DNA from: Octopus sinensis
Lineage: Eukaryota
Direction of reading: 5' to 3'
Assembly: GCF_006345805.1 (NCBI RefSeq)
Contig: NC_043005.1
Location: 56,296,001-56,360,000 of the forward strand
DNA length: 64,000 nt
Shown here piece after piece: positions 13,692 to 27,297 of this stretch (its first letter is position 1; every line of letters starts with the position of its first letter). The notes beneath the pieces were generated by a model, which did no database searches, was not told where the DNA came from, and worked only from the letters and a program-made list of their open reading frames with translations. The position numbers and the translations under genes are program-made.

Positions 13692-14920
13692 CTACATAAT
13701 GGAAAGCAAGATTTAATTAATACAAAAATACAAAGCAAGGTAAACAAAAGAAATATGTACAATATTTACTGCTAGTAAAGACAAAAATATTCCACATTCC
13801 TTTAATAATGTGGTATCCATTGAACAAGTGCAAGCCTGTATTAATAATATCTCAGTAATTAAAAATCTAAAATTTTGTTCATATATGACTATGTGAGTTT
13901 TTGTATCAGTTAATAAATTCATTAATTGCTGGTACACTGAGATATGACCACACATGAACATATAACAGATAGTAGTGAAATTATTTAAGATAACTATGAA
14001 GCTTTAATTTTAAAATGGGGCTTATTTCTTCAATTTAATCTTAGCAATTCAAAATGTTATTTCAGAAATAGACAGCAGTAGAAATCTGTCTAAGTTATAT
14101 GGCAAATAGTTATACAAACAGTACAATTTTATACAGTGCTTCACTAATTAGACTTTTATAGATTAATGGAAAATATAAGTATAATTTTAAAATGAAAATT
14201 AAAAGAAAATTAAATGGAATACCAAGGACCTAAGAGAAATAGAACTTATTCAAGCTAACTTTGCTAAAATACTTAAAATTATTAGCATAAACTAGTATTA
14301 CTTCATATGTAATTAGAGAGACAAAATCGGTTACATTAATTAAATCGTACGAATCAAATTTATCAGAAATCAGTTATCACTCAAATGATAGCATATTCAT
14401 GATATAAGTTACATTTACTCTAATCAATATACTACATCTGAGTTCAGTAATTAAAGCATTTCCAAAATTTTTACAAGCATATTTATATAGAGGCACAAGA
14501 CCTCCAATTAAAGAAAGAAAAAAGATTGCGTGACGTTCATGCCTTTCTGAAGGCTTTTCATAGTAATAAAAAAAACTGTTTTCCATCAGGAATTGAAACT
14601 AGATTGCTACCTCAGTTTGATATACTTATTAAAGAGTTGAGGTACTTTACCAACAAAGAATAATGTAAAATCTAGCAAGATTTCAGTGAAAACAAACAAA
14701 ACTTTATTTGAGAAGGTAATGAATAATAAAAATAATAAACATGAAAAAAAAAAATAGTAATAAAATAATAAAGCAGCCACAATAAAAGCAAAACATATTT
14801 TTCTTTCTTAGTATGAGGAACTTTTAGTGAAAATATTTGGCAAATTGACAAATATGAAGAAATACTCAAGTAGAAGTCATTAATAATTAGGTTAACAAAA
14901 TAACTGGGTTAATAATAATT

Positions 14921-15190
14921 AGTACATTTCAATATAGCAGAGAGGAAGCTACAACTACCAGACAATAGGAATATTTTATATTAAGGGAAATTTACTTTTA
15001 TAAATATTTAATAAAGGTTTTTTTTCTTCATAGCGTTTTACTATCAATGAACTTCAGTACATTTCAATATAGCAGAGAGGAAGCTACAACTACCAGACAA
15101 TAGGAATATTTTATATTAAGGGAAATTTACTTTTATAAATATTTAATAAAGGTTTTTTTTCTTCATAGCATTTTACTATCAATGAACTTC
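14921..15190. repeat. Tandem duplication, 2 x 135 bp, near identical
   Basis: agtacatttcaatatagcagagagg starts at 14921 and 15056; one substitution seen. Confidence 0.92.
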
Positions 15191-18051
15191 CAACTACTAA
15201 AATACAGTATTAGATATTATTATAATGAATTTTCAATTCAATCTTATGAATGTCTATTATATTAGACATTCATAAGGATAAATTTGAGACAGAAAAAGAG
15301 CAGTGAAGAACTAGAACACTGATAGACATTGAACCATAAACTAATTACTTGATAGAATATTCTTTAAATTATTTATGAGAAATATTAAGCCATAACATTT
15401 ATCTCATCATCAAACATTTTGGATCATTTTATACATGATTTTGTTTCATTTTTACATTAATTTTTCCACAATAGCAGGATCTACATTACTCAACCATAGA
15501 GATATTTTGATATTTACATAGTTTCAACATGCACTTTCCCCATGTTTGCATAGGCCAGACAAAAGTTATTGAGGCAGAATTTTGTATGGCCAGATACTCT
15601 TTCAGTCACCAACCTTCCCCATTTTCCTTCAAACAATGAACAGATCAATGGCCTAACATGCTTCCACAAAGGATTACAAAAATATAGTTCTGTATGTATA
15701 ATGGTGACATTTGTTTAATATGCCAAGACAAGGGCAACACACACATTCCAGCATGGAAAACAAACATTAAATGATTTTACACACACTAAAGTATTGAACA
15801 GTAGACTGTATGAGAAAAGGCACTAATGTTCTACTTAAAGCTCAATGTGAGTTCAGAAAGGAGAAGTAGCACTTTGTTTATGTTCAGCCTTAGATTAAGA
15901 AATGTATGGAACAGAACACATTATGTGATCTTAACTTCACAAAGAAATTCAAGTGTAAACCAGTTGAGCCTGTAGCAAATACTCAGGTTTAGATGCTAGA
16001 AGTGTCACTCATCTGTAAAATCCCTACTTACCAAGAAGACAACCCAAATTACACAGATGAACTCTAACATTGTACAGTTTGATATTTGAGTGGGAGACAA
16101 GTAGGGCAGCATGCTAGTATCCACATTATTCTCACTTTGTTTGTCAGCAATGTTCAAGGAGGTATTCCAGAGACAAGACCTGATGATCACCAGTTTAACC
16201 CTTTAGCATTCAGATATTTCAATGATGTGATTGTTTATTTTTAGAAAGACATTGTAGGGTACGTGTGAGAGGCTGAATCTGACTGGTTTGAACATCAACC
16301 AGGTAAAGGCTGAACATGATCAGTTTAGATGCTAAATGGTTAAGGTGTTACAGCTCAAAGCTAAGACTAACACCACATATTAGTAAGAAAAATGTTTGAT
16401 GATCATGTTTTGTCTTCCATACTGTGAAAGATAAGCAGAATATGGAGATTTTTGACAGTGCAACCAAAGAGGTCAGAATATAACATCCAGAATATTGAAG
16501 TTCTTTATTAATTAAATTCCAACTTTAACCAAGAAGCACAACCAGATTCCATCATTATTAAAAGGTCAGAGCTGATGGAGGCAAGATACTTTACCTATCT
16601 GAGTAGTATTATGAGAAATGCTGATAGACTCAATGACAAACTAGATTGCGGGTTGAACGAAGTTAGCTCAGAATTCAGAGGATTGAGAAAGAGAGAGGAA
16701 CTACAAGTATGTCTCAGTCCAAGTTAAATGTGAAGTACACATAGCAGTAGTATTATCCACCTTATTCTACAGATCATAGGCATGGACAATATACTTCAAA
16801 GATAAAATAAACAGCATTCATTCATGATGAGACACCCAAAACAAAAGCATGAACATCACATGATATGGCTCATCCTAAAGAAAACCGAAATCCTTATAAG
16901 GAAGAGAGATATTGGTGCAATGAAATCTCTATAATTTTAAGCAGGTTCAAAAAATGGAGGTAACTTAGTTGCCAAGACAAATACTGTATAAGTGGAAGAA
17001 ATCAGGGCAAACCTTGACCAAGATACAAGGATATGGTTAAACATAATATGAGGAGATTTGATAGCAATAACAACAGCAACTGAGGACAGAAGCCAGTAGA
17101 GGCTTGTGATATTTCATATGGATAGCCAATGACAACTATCAACAAATAGTAAATGATGTTTTATATAAGATATCAATGTTAACTTAGTGTAGGTTAATAG
17201 GTTTATCTGAAATATGTAGGTGTGTCCCACTACAACAAAATTTCTACTAAAGGTAGTGGTGTGTATTAAATATTCAAAATTCACTCAAGCATGGTGTGAC
17301 ACATTCTCACTTTGGAGATGCCTTTCTGCTCTGATGATTAAAACTGTCTCCTGTCATTTGGAATCAACCCAAAGAGAAACAATTACATTTTGATTATATA
17401 TTGTCATATAAGATTTACACATTTAATAATTACTTTAAAACTGCTACAAAATGTAAAGTCAAACATTTTGATAAATGAAAATCTTTTAAAATTTAAAAAA
17501 ACAATTCAATGAAAATAATTGTTGAAAAGAACCAAACATTAACATATGAAGTTAATTGGCTGTTTTATGGTAATCAACCATTTTAACATTTTTCTTGAAT
17601 TAAAAATCATGCAAAAGTTGGAAACTGATTTTTTTTTTTTTTTAAAGAAAAGCAAAGGGAAAAAGCCAAATTGAACAACAACCATCACAACAATTAAGTC
17701 CAGTATTAGGCTTTATAGGAAATTTTATGACCAAAATCAAGAGATACTTATTACCCATACAGTTGGGATAACTGTTTTCCTGAGACTTAAAAAGCAAAGC
17801 TATATTATACAGTATTTACACTAAAAGCATCTACAGAGAATAATCAATCCAGAAAAGAAAGCTAATCCATAGTGGCAGTAAATGTTTAAATTACAGAATT
17901 TTATGGCTAATTCAAAAAAATTTTTTTTTTTTTATTATTATTATTAATTTATTAGAATATAGGGATGAGAAAAGAATTTATCCCTAAAGAGTAGCAGCAT
18001 ATGTATATACTGCATGATAAAACTGCAAAATTACCTACACTGAATACTTAC

Positions 18052-18078
18052 TTTTTTTTCTCCAAAGCCTCTGCATGC
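18052..18078 (-). CDS. Clc: Candidate 27-nt Clc microexon (adds HAEALEKKK)
   Basis: About 35-nt pyrimidine tract ending tcctctacag| and consensus donor |gtaagta; phase 2-2, open frame. Confidence 0.68.
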
Positions 18079-21000
18079 CTGTAGAGGAAACAGGTAAAGA
18101 AAGGGATAGGGAAAATTGTGAGTAAGAATAAAGTACCTGTGGTAATTGCACACCTGTTGCAGCCTTGGATATGTTAAGGCATTAAATTCTAATATAAACA
18201 GATATATAAAAGCACTACCTTCAATGATAATTGCTAAAAGTAAACATCAAAATACTTTAAAAGACCATCTATGAAGACATTTTTCTGATCAAGAAGAAAA
18301 AAAAAATGAAATGTTAGCAGGAAGTCTAGTTTAAAAAAAAAGGAGGAGGAGGAGGAGGAGGGAAAAGGAACAGCAGCTTTTTAAATTTCTCATTAAAAAG
18401 AATTAAAAAATTGGAAGTCAAGTCAAGAAATAAAGAGATAGCAAAACATTATTCAACTTAAAAGTCTACTAATATAAACTGATGTTATATCATTATCATT
18501 AGGCTAGCACAAACACGAATCTGCAATAAAGCATCTGCACCATCTCACCAGTAAGAACAAATACTTCATATTTTCTACTAAACACTTCACCACACAAAAC
18601 TATCTATCTATGAAAACATCATTACAGTTACCTAAAGCATTTTTTTACCCAGCAATTACAGAACAACCCCTTATCAGTATAGCCCTTTACATGCATAAAT
18701 CAAATTTTTGTTATGGCAATGATCACTTTCAAATGGAACACTTCCACATCTCAAACTTATTCTTCAACTTCTGAAAAGAACATAAATCTTATACAAGAGA
18801 CATTGGTTTAGAAGCAACAGCTGAGGTGCATGACCTAGTGGTTAGAATGTTGGATTCGTGATTGTAAAGTCAATAGTTCAATTCCCATACTGGCTGTACA
18901 TTGTGTTTTTGAGCAAACCACTTCATTTCACATTGCTCCAGTCCTCTCAGCAGGATGGATTGCATACAAGAGTGAATTGGTGACATAGGAAAATCTGAAT
19001 GGAGGTCATGTGAGCTACATTTTGCATTCAGTGATCAAAAGGATGATTAGTACAACTTATACTGTGGACCTCGACTTGTTGGGATTGGTTGTTCAACCAT
19101 ATCAAAGGTCATTTGTCAATCAATCAAACAGCTGAGAACAGAATTTTAACAGACATTGGTCTGTAACCAGAAGTTTACACTGAGTTCACAACCAATCATC
19201 AAGAGGATGGTAGATTCATTGGAGTTGATAATTTATGGTATTTGGTTACAGCTCTTTACACTGAGTTCAAATACCACTTGAATCTACTTAGTGTTTCATT
19301 CTTTCAAGATCAATAAAATTACTGGGACTTAATGATGGAGATCAGTAAAAAGAAATCATATCCTCATATCTAATCTAAATATCTCTCTTCCATCCATACA
19401 AGTATCCTACCAAATATAGGATACTTTACGATTAATTGTATCTAACATGGGTTAAATTCTATGCAATCCAATTATATCCAGTACTAGCTTAGCACTAAAA
19501 ACTCACTATCTTCAAAAACAGACTCCTGTAGGTTCTCCCCTATAAAATATCTTTACTTTGGTAAAAGATGACAATGGAGATATTATATTACTCTTGTGAA
19601 ATATTTTCTGGCACAATCTTTGAGTGATATCTAATATCACTCAAATGCCTCAAGATGCATGCAATATATTAGCAATCATCACAAAGAGTCCTGCAGCTGG
19701 TAAATACTCCTACATTTCACTTGTTAGCTAAACCTCATTTCTAGCTTTCCACCATAGAGTATGACTCCCTCCTCCTATCTGTCTATTACTTTAGTTCATC
19801 ATTTGCAGCAGTGTGTTACAAAATGAATGAACACCATCAATTATGAACAGCACCAAATTACAAAAAACTTCTCATTATATATATGATGATGAGACTCTTC
19901 CTTTTATCTCTTTGAAGCCAACAAAACAAGGTATTAGTCAAACACTGGAAAGTGAGGTAGGTCAGGTTCTGACCCATCTCTCCCCTCAAAATAGTTGGCC
20001 TTGCGCCTAAAATTCATTATATATACTCTCATATCTTTTCAATAATGTTTCACGCATTTAAATTTAATTCTGTTCACATCGAATTTTGCTACAATATGCT
20101 GTACAGGGTCAAGAACTTTTTATTTGGACAGTATATCGTTGAAACAAACACATTCCATCACAGAGGAAAAGTGTGCCTGTTATCAAACAAAAGACAATTT
20201 GATTAAAGACTAAAATTTAACTAGGTGAAATGTCATTAAAAAACTAAAAGGAAACCAATACAAACATTTCAGATAAAAACCAGATACAAAATATAGTGCT
20301 ATGTTCCTACACTGTTCTTTATTCAACTGACAAATAACTTATACTGAAATTTGACAGTTGAAGGCATACAACTAACTTTTACCATTTTCCTTTGTTTTGT
20401 TATAGTAGTTTTGAGCCAGAAAATTCAGATGTCTATGACAAGATTAAGCAGTTAATCTTTAAAACGTTTGGCGAGAACAAATATAGGTAATTTTTAAGCT
20501 TTAATCTTTTCGCTGTCTTCAGGCGTTGGACTATGGCTATGCTGGGGCACTACCTTGAAAGGCTTCATTAAACAAATCAACCTCAGCACTTATTTTTTTT
20601 TAAAGCCTGGAACTTATTCTACTGGCCTCTTTTGCAGGGATGTAAACAAACCAACACTGACAGTCAAGTGGTGGTGGAGTGTGAACACAGACACACACAC
20701 ACAACAGGCTTCATTTTGTTTCCACCTATTAAATCCACTCACAAGGCTTTCATCAACCCATGACTAGTAGAAGATATTTGCCCAAGATGCAGTGCAGGGG
20801 GACTGAAATCAAGACCACAACATAATTGGGAAGCAACCTAGTTAACCAGACAACTAAACCTATATGCACGAATATTAAAATTGACCTTTATATTCAAAAC
20901 TTTATGAATTTTAAACATCCCTGATACTTGTGAATATTTACAAACAGTTCAAATCATTTATTGCAATGATATTAATGATAATTATTTTAATGTCACTTTC

Positions 21001-22154
21001 ACAACTGTGTTTCCCAAGATCTACCATATCTATAAATTATTTTTATAATTATCAGACAGTGGTCTAGCAAATGAAAGCATCCTGTAATTTACAAAGATTT
21101 GTAAAAAAAACGACCCAAATGCATATGACAGATAATGATAATTAACGATAGTTAAAATTAGTCTATTTATATATATATAACTTTTATTATCATTATTCTA
21201 CATATGGTTAACTTTTTCTGGATGCTGAACCTTGATTCTATTTTCCAAAACAGTAAATTAACATTAATTTTTATTATCTTTAACTAGCTGGTTTCAGTTG
21301 GGGTGGGGGGATACAGATTTTTTGAGAAGCAGCTAGTCATAAAGGCACTTCCACAGTCACTTAGTGCAAATATGTTACAACTATCTACTACCTCTAGGGA
21401 TCCTTGTAGGAATTCAAACAGGTATTTACCACTGACCATGTCTCCACACATCATTTACAATATTCAACCTTAACCAGCAATCACTCTCTTCTCACTCTTA
21501 CAATCTTATCAATTCTTTCCTATTCTCTTCCTATATTCTTTCATACTCACCTTTTTGTACCTTGAGAGTATACTCTAGTACCTTAGCACCACCATCTTTA
21601 TCTCTTTCCAGTTACACCCACCCACTGCTATGTAATGCAAAGTAGCCTTGTATCTCCTCTGCAGCAAGACAACTGTGACTGCCTGTCATGCTTTAAGCAG
21701 CTCAAAACTTGACATAAAGCCACTTCCCTCTATACTACACCTCCACTCATTTGGGGGAATCTTTTTCTTTGACTTGCAAATTGAACTCAATAGTGCTGGT
21801 GCCACATAAAAGTACTCAAGATGGTTGGTATTAGAAATGGAATCCAGCTATAACAGACATGGGAGCTCAACACAGTCCTCTGGCTTGTTAGATCCTGTGG
21901 CACCATCGAACTCATACCAGCATGGTAGACAAACGTTACATGATGATAAAATATTGTTACAGAATAACAAAATACATTTTCTGAATAAAAGACCTTTGAG
22001 ACTGACCAAGTTGGCTGCTGATAGTAAGTCATACTAAAAGCAGATATCTGGCAAATAAATAACAGACAAATGCTATAACACTATATAGTCAGTGTATTTG
22101 GGGTGGTTGTACAAACTGTAGGAGGAATTAAGAGAAGTTTCTAATAAGATGTGA

Positions 22155-22186
<32 letters not shown>

Positions 22187-22358
22187 ATCAGAATGATGGT
22201 CATGCTAAAGAAATAAAATGATCCCTTTAAAAATAAAATTAATCTCTACAGTGGAACTAAAGATAAATAAAGATTACAGACGAATTGACAACAACAATGG
22301 CAACAACAGCAAATGTCTAAAGTCTACTTAGAGTGCGTCGCTACAGTTTTAGTCTTAC

Positions 22359-22397
22359 CCACAAGTGATGTCTGCAAGCTCGGCTGCGGCAGCAGCT
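22359..22397 (-). CDS. Clc: Candidate 39-nt Clc cassette exon (adds AAAAAELADITCG)
   Basis: ttgttcttccacag| acceptor and TGG|gtaaga donor; phase 2-2, open frame, GC-rich island within an AT-rich intron. Confidence 0.68.
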
Positions 22398-22491
22398 CTG
22401 TGGAAGAACAATGAGATACACACTTACAAGTGCACCAAAGACGACGTATAAAGAAATCAGTTTGACATGTTTATATTCAAAGAGATGTTAC

Positions 22492-22530
22492 CGGAGCATA
22501 GGGGAAATAGCTTGGCGAGGAATTACTGAT
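22492..22530 (-). CDS. Clc: Candidate 39-nt Clc cassette exon (adds SVIPRQAISPMLR)
   Basis: catttgtag| acceptor and CCG|gtaaca donor; phase 2-2, open frame, CpG retained. Confidence 0.55.
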
Positions 22531-22627
22531 CTACAAATGTTCACAAAGTTCATAGTGTTTCATGGTGGAGGGAGACAATTTAAGTCAAGATAATAAAAGG
22601 CTTGAAAGCAGGATGAAATTGTATCAC

Positions 22628-22636
22628 CTGTCATCT
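22628..22636 (-). CDS. Clc: Candidate 9-nt Clc microexon (AGATGACAG; adds DDR)
   Basis: Long T tract + tag| acceptor and CAG|gtgata donor; phase 2-2, no stop. No transcript evidence. Confidence 0.5.
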
Positions 22637-24721
22637 CTAAAAAAAAAAAAAAAATCTAAAAAGGAAAAATGTGAAACCTACAGCTAATATAAAATTAATG
22701 TTCATAGCCACCTCAACATGGCTGTTCCATTCAAATGGACTTTTCTGCAATTTTTTAACCCCGAGAGGAATCTCCTCTAGCTGGTTAACGATGCACAGCT
22801 GCCAAATAAAGTATTATTTTGTTATAATTATAATGATAATTCAATTATTAAAATTACAATTTCAAGCAAAATTGTAATTTTTGACATAGTGCAACAAGCT
22901 TGTTTAAAACAAAGCATTTTAATTCTATTCTATATGTATATTATAATTCTGTATAATTTCTGTTGAAGTAGTTTCACAACTGCCAGATATATCCTATATT
23001 TGAATATAATTTCAAGAACAAACAAATTGAGTAACAGAATGAAAAGACATGATTGGGGTTGATAAAATATTAAAACTATTAAACATTAGGAGTTAACACA
23101 GCAGAACTTACCAGCTGAACTCCCTAAATGCTAAATATGTTATTGGCTATTGTTCTTAATTACTAACAAGACTTTTTTTCTTTTTCTTACCAAGAAGCAA
23201 ATATTACAGCACTTAAATAAGAAAGCATTAATTATACAGCATGAACAAGATAAAAGTGCATATTTATATACTGAAAGATAACACTAGCGCAAAGTTGGAA
23301 CAGTAGTGCCATACACGTGGTGGGGAAAGTGCCATACAGATGGGAACAATATCAATAAAATATAGGGGACAAGAGCAAACGTAGCATAGAACAATAATAC
23401 AAGAGTTCAAAGAACAATAAATTACTGACTTTGGTCACAAATGATTTCATGCACAATGAATACTACTTTCAGTGTTGAGTGGAAATAAATACAACTTAGA
23501 AAATTAATGGATACATATATCATTGGCAAACAAGAATTTTATTTCTCTAGTTTTCCCTTCAAGGTGATAATTATTCAAATGTCTAAACCTGTTATAACGT
23601 TGAAGTCCAAAGAATGTCACTAAATCTGCCACAATTTTTACATTTTACTGTTTGGAGTAGCAGACTTAATCTGTCACCTAGTTTAACACTGCCAACTGGT
23701 CCTTGGATACTGTCCTCCTTCCCTTTCAACAGTCTCAGAGGTCCTATAAAGGGGTCATGTGTACTGCCCTTCCCTCCTAAATAAGTGATAAAGGCTATGA
23801 TTTGAGGGAGATTTGGCTGCAATTTCAAGCAGATCAAACGTTCCTGAATATATTTCCTCATTGGCTAGAGAGACTAGTAAAGTTTGTACTGGCATGAGTT
23901 CAATAAAATAGTAAAATGTTAGTGTGCTGTAAGGAAGAGAAATATTTAACATCTTTAAGAATGCCCATCATCAAACAACAGGCTCTATCTAAAAAGAAGC
24001 TTCAACAATGAATTAAATTACCCATACATTTGGCTCTTGTTCTAATACACAACACTAGATACAATTATTTTACATATCCAAGTTAAAATTTTAGAGAAGC
24101 CATCTACTATTCTATGTGTTTTCATTCAAGAATATTGAAGGTATTACAGCTTCTACAAGTAGAACGAATAGTTTGACTGTTGTCAGGAGGACATCAGAAT
24201 AAATATGTTCAGCAGGAATGAGAATTTTGATTCCAGGTTTTCTTTTTTTTTTTTTTAAACTTCACTGTATTTTCATTCAATCACCAATGTCACTACTTAC
24301 AATTCTAGGTCATTCCATGCCAGTATTTCAGATTATAAAAGTTTTACTAATTTAAGATTTTAATTTTGTTTTTAAGGAATTACACAAAAATATAAGCAAG
24401 GAACAAAATGCGAATCAAAATTCACATTTGGTTATAATATAAATTTTACTTATTTGGCCTCCAAAGACCTACAGATCTTTCTCAAAGATTTAATTCTTAC
24501 TAAAGCAGTCAAGTTAAACACTACAATAATATGTATATCAATCAATCAATCAATGCAACAGTAGGCAAGTGCTTAGTAAATAAAATGTTGAGAGTATTCT
24601 TTTTGTATCAGACAAGAACACTAAAATCTCAATAACTGTATCCCTGAAGGTACAGGATTTAAGTGAAAGGGAAAAAAATTTATAGATAGATGAAAATTTA
24701 TAACTAAAACAGTAGTATTAC

Positions 24722-24833
24722 CGGTTGTTTTCTTTGGTCTTAATAAGCTGTTCTGCCTGATTTTTCAACCAATCTTCAAGCTCTTTCTTTGCAGTTTCAC
24801 GCCATATTTCCTTCTTATTTTCTTCTTCGGCAT
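24722..24833 (-). CDS. Clc: Clathrin light chain, exon 4 (DAEEENKKEIWRETAKKELEDWLKNQAEQLIKTKENNR)
   Basis: ttgtag| acceptor and CG|gtaata donor; 112 nt, phase 1->2. WRE.AKKELEDW...EQL.KTK.NNR helix motif. Confidence 0.95.
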
Positions 24834-25210
24834 CTACAATCGTAAAAGCATAAAATGTAATATAAAAAATATATATGTTCGATAATCTAAGCCTGAATGA
24901 GACAGGTTTCTGTTAGAAGTCTGTAAAACTAAGTCACACGGAACTAAATCAAACTGTTTAAAATAATAACAATATCGCGTGTGTGTGTGTGTGTATTCTT
25001 TTTCAAGAATAGTGTTAACTGACTAAAGCTTTGCTAGCAATACATCAAACAGTCTGAAACTTTGAAGTCATTGTTAACACTATTCTTATAAAATAATAAT
25101 AAATATATACCAGAGAGAAAGTATTGAACAGTTTAACATAAAATTGTTTTTATTTATTGTTATATTTCGGGATGGTCATCATCCCTGCAAAATAAACACA
25201 CACACACTAT

Positions 25211-25438
25211 ATATTCGTTCTTCACATATTTATTACTGATCTTATTTTAACCAATGTCCATTGTCTGGAAATCTTTCTTCACACATCTGTGACCTCTTCA
25301 GCGACACTTTCCATCCTTGTGTGCTTCAGCTCTGCTTAGTTCAGAATGGACAGATGTGTGACGAAAGATTTCCGAACAATGAACACGAGTTAAAATGATA
25401 AAATAAGAACTGTAATAAACGAGTGAAGAACAAATACA
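25211..25438. repeat. Imperfect inverted repeat (about 80-bp arms), Penelope-like pLTR remnant
   Basis: attcgttcttcac...aaatctttcttcacacatctgt versus acagatgtgtgacgaaagatttcc...gtgaagaacaaata. Confidence 0.65.
25261..25307 (-). ncRNA. Degenerate minimal hammerhead-like motif in Clc intron 3
   Basis: tgtcg-CTGAAGA-GGTCAC agatgt GTGAA-GAAA-gattt-c-cagaca. The base of stem II is broken. Confidence 0.4.
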
Positions 25439-25587
25439 TAGTACGTGTGTTTATTTGGTATAAAGAAAAAAAATTTTTAATTACTACCCCAAAATACAAT
25501 ATTTGTTTTAAAACATGGTTTCACATCAGGAATCTTGCAGCACAAATTCATAAACATGTTTATATTTAACTCAACATAAAAATAAAC

Positions 25588-25626
<39 letters not shown>

Positions 25627-27297
25627 TTTAGAAAGTAGATTTATGGAAATAAGTAGTGAAAAAAAAATCCCATCTATTTATTTACTGTTCCAAACAGAAA
25701 ATTTTATATCATGGATAAAATCTTCATCATTTGGATGGGTCATTTAAAATAACTATGGATAGCTAGCTATCAGTACAGATACAGACTTTTGGTTAGGTAT
25801 GAGCAGAGATCAGTGATATCTAGTTCACTAAATTATTATTCTATGCTCAAATCATACCAGTCAATTTTGCCTCGCATCCTTTCAGGAACAATAAAATAAG
25901 TGCCAACAAGCTAATGAAGGAAACTCTACATCATTAGTTTTCCTGCAAGAAACAGTAACCAAATCTTGCAAAACACACATTCTGTCTTTGAAAGGATGAT
26001 GGCCACAGATAGATTGCCTTGATATACTACAGTTAATTTAATCACCTCAACCTTATTGCTTACAAAAAAAGCTCTCCTTTATTAAACCTACAAATATTAA
26101 CCATTAATGACAATCAGCCAACTAATATTCATAGAGTATTCTCTATCACTGTTTAATACATAAACAAATCAGAAAGTCTCTTGCTCTCTCACACACAGTC
26201 TTTATTAATTTGTTTGACCTATGGGTGCAGGTGTGGGTGTGTGGTTGAAAAGTTTGCTTCCCAACCACATGGTTTCAGGCTCAGTCCCATTATGTAGCTC
26301 CTTGGGCACTTACTATAGTCAACAGAAGTCTTGTGAGTGAACTTAGTACACAAGAACTGAAAAAAGCTCATAGTGTGTGTGTGTGTGTCAGACTCTTTAT
26401 CTTGACATTACGTGATGGTTGTAAATGAATGCCACTATCATACAGGCTGTCATTTACTTCCAATATTCTGTGGAAACTTGTCTGGCCATGGGGAATTAAA
26501 ACTTTGCTTGGAAATTTGTCTCAATATTTTCTGTCTAACCCATGCAAGCATGGAAGAGTGGACATTAGAATGATGATCCCACCAAACATTTCAACTCAAG
26601 TCTTTACATATAAACTGTACGGCTTGAATTTAATATTCTGATTTCTGAGAAACAACACATTTGGTTGAATGTGCAACATTAAGACTAAGTTTTGAGAAAG
26701 GTAGAACACAGGTGAATTGAACTAACATTTCAATATCCAAAGAAGTAATGAAATGCAGGAAAGATGACTAGAGTTCTTTCATCATGTGATATGGAAGGTG
26801 CATGATAGGGTGGAAAGGGGGCAAAACAGGGGTTAATCGTTACATAAACTGAAGTGTTACCAACATGATCAAAATCATGGGGCAGCCTAGTCAACAGCTT
26901 ATGTGAGGCTGTTTACTGGGCCTGCTAGAAATAGCACCCAAATCTCCCTCAGAATACATCCTAGCATCTTATGTACAAGGTCAATGGAAGACTATATGAA
27001 CACCACAAGAATACCTATTTCTTTATTACCCACAAGGGACTAGACATAGAGGGGACAAACAAGGACAGACATAGGTATTAAGTCGATTACATCGACTCCA
27101 GTGCGTAACTGGTACTTAATTTATCGACCCCGAAAGGATGAAAGGCAAAGAAGAATACCATTGAGCCTACATCTTTTATATTAGACATTGTATCTTAGAA
27201 GTGAAGTAAGCAATTTGTAATAGAACGAAGTTTTAGCTCAAAGTTACACATTATGCAATATAAGAGAGTAAAAAAAAATGATTTTATAAAACCTAAC

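Noticed and set aside
14651-14671. 21-nt in-frame segment (FYIILCW) in Clc intron 4
   Set aside because: U-rich, intron-like composition and a weak donor; expected by chance in 11 kb.
18137-18188. 52-nt AG..GT segment near the 27-nt microexon
   Set aside because: Not a multiple of 3, with an immediate in-frame TAA.
23112-23123. 12-nt microexon candidate GGAGTTCAGCTG with gtaagt donor
   Set aside because: Purine-rich upstream with no pyrimidine tract, and it would create TGA if joined to the A-starting microexons.
23592-23861. 89-aa minus-strand ORF as an alternative last Clc exon
   Set aside because: In the phase-2 frame from the tgcag acceptor it stops after 7 codons, and the 5' part resembles a repeat motif (gcagccaaatctccctcaaatca) also seen at 26935.
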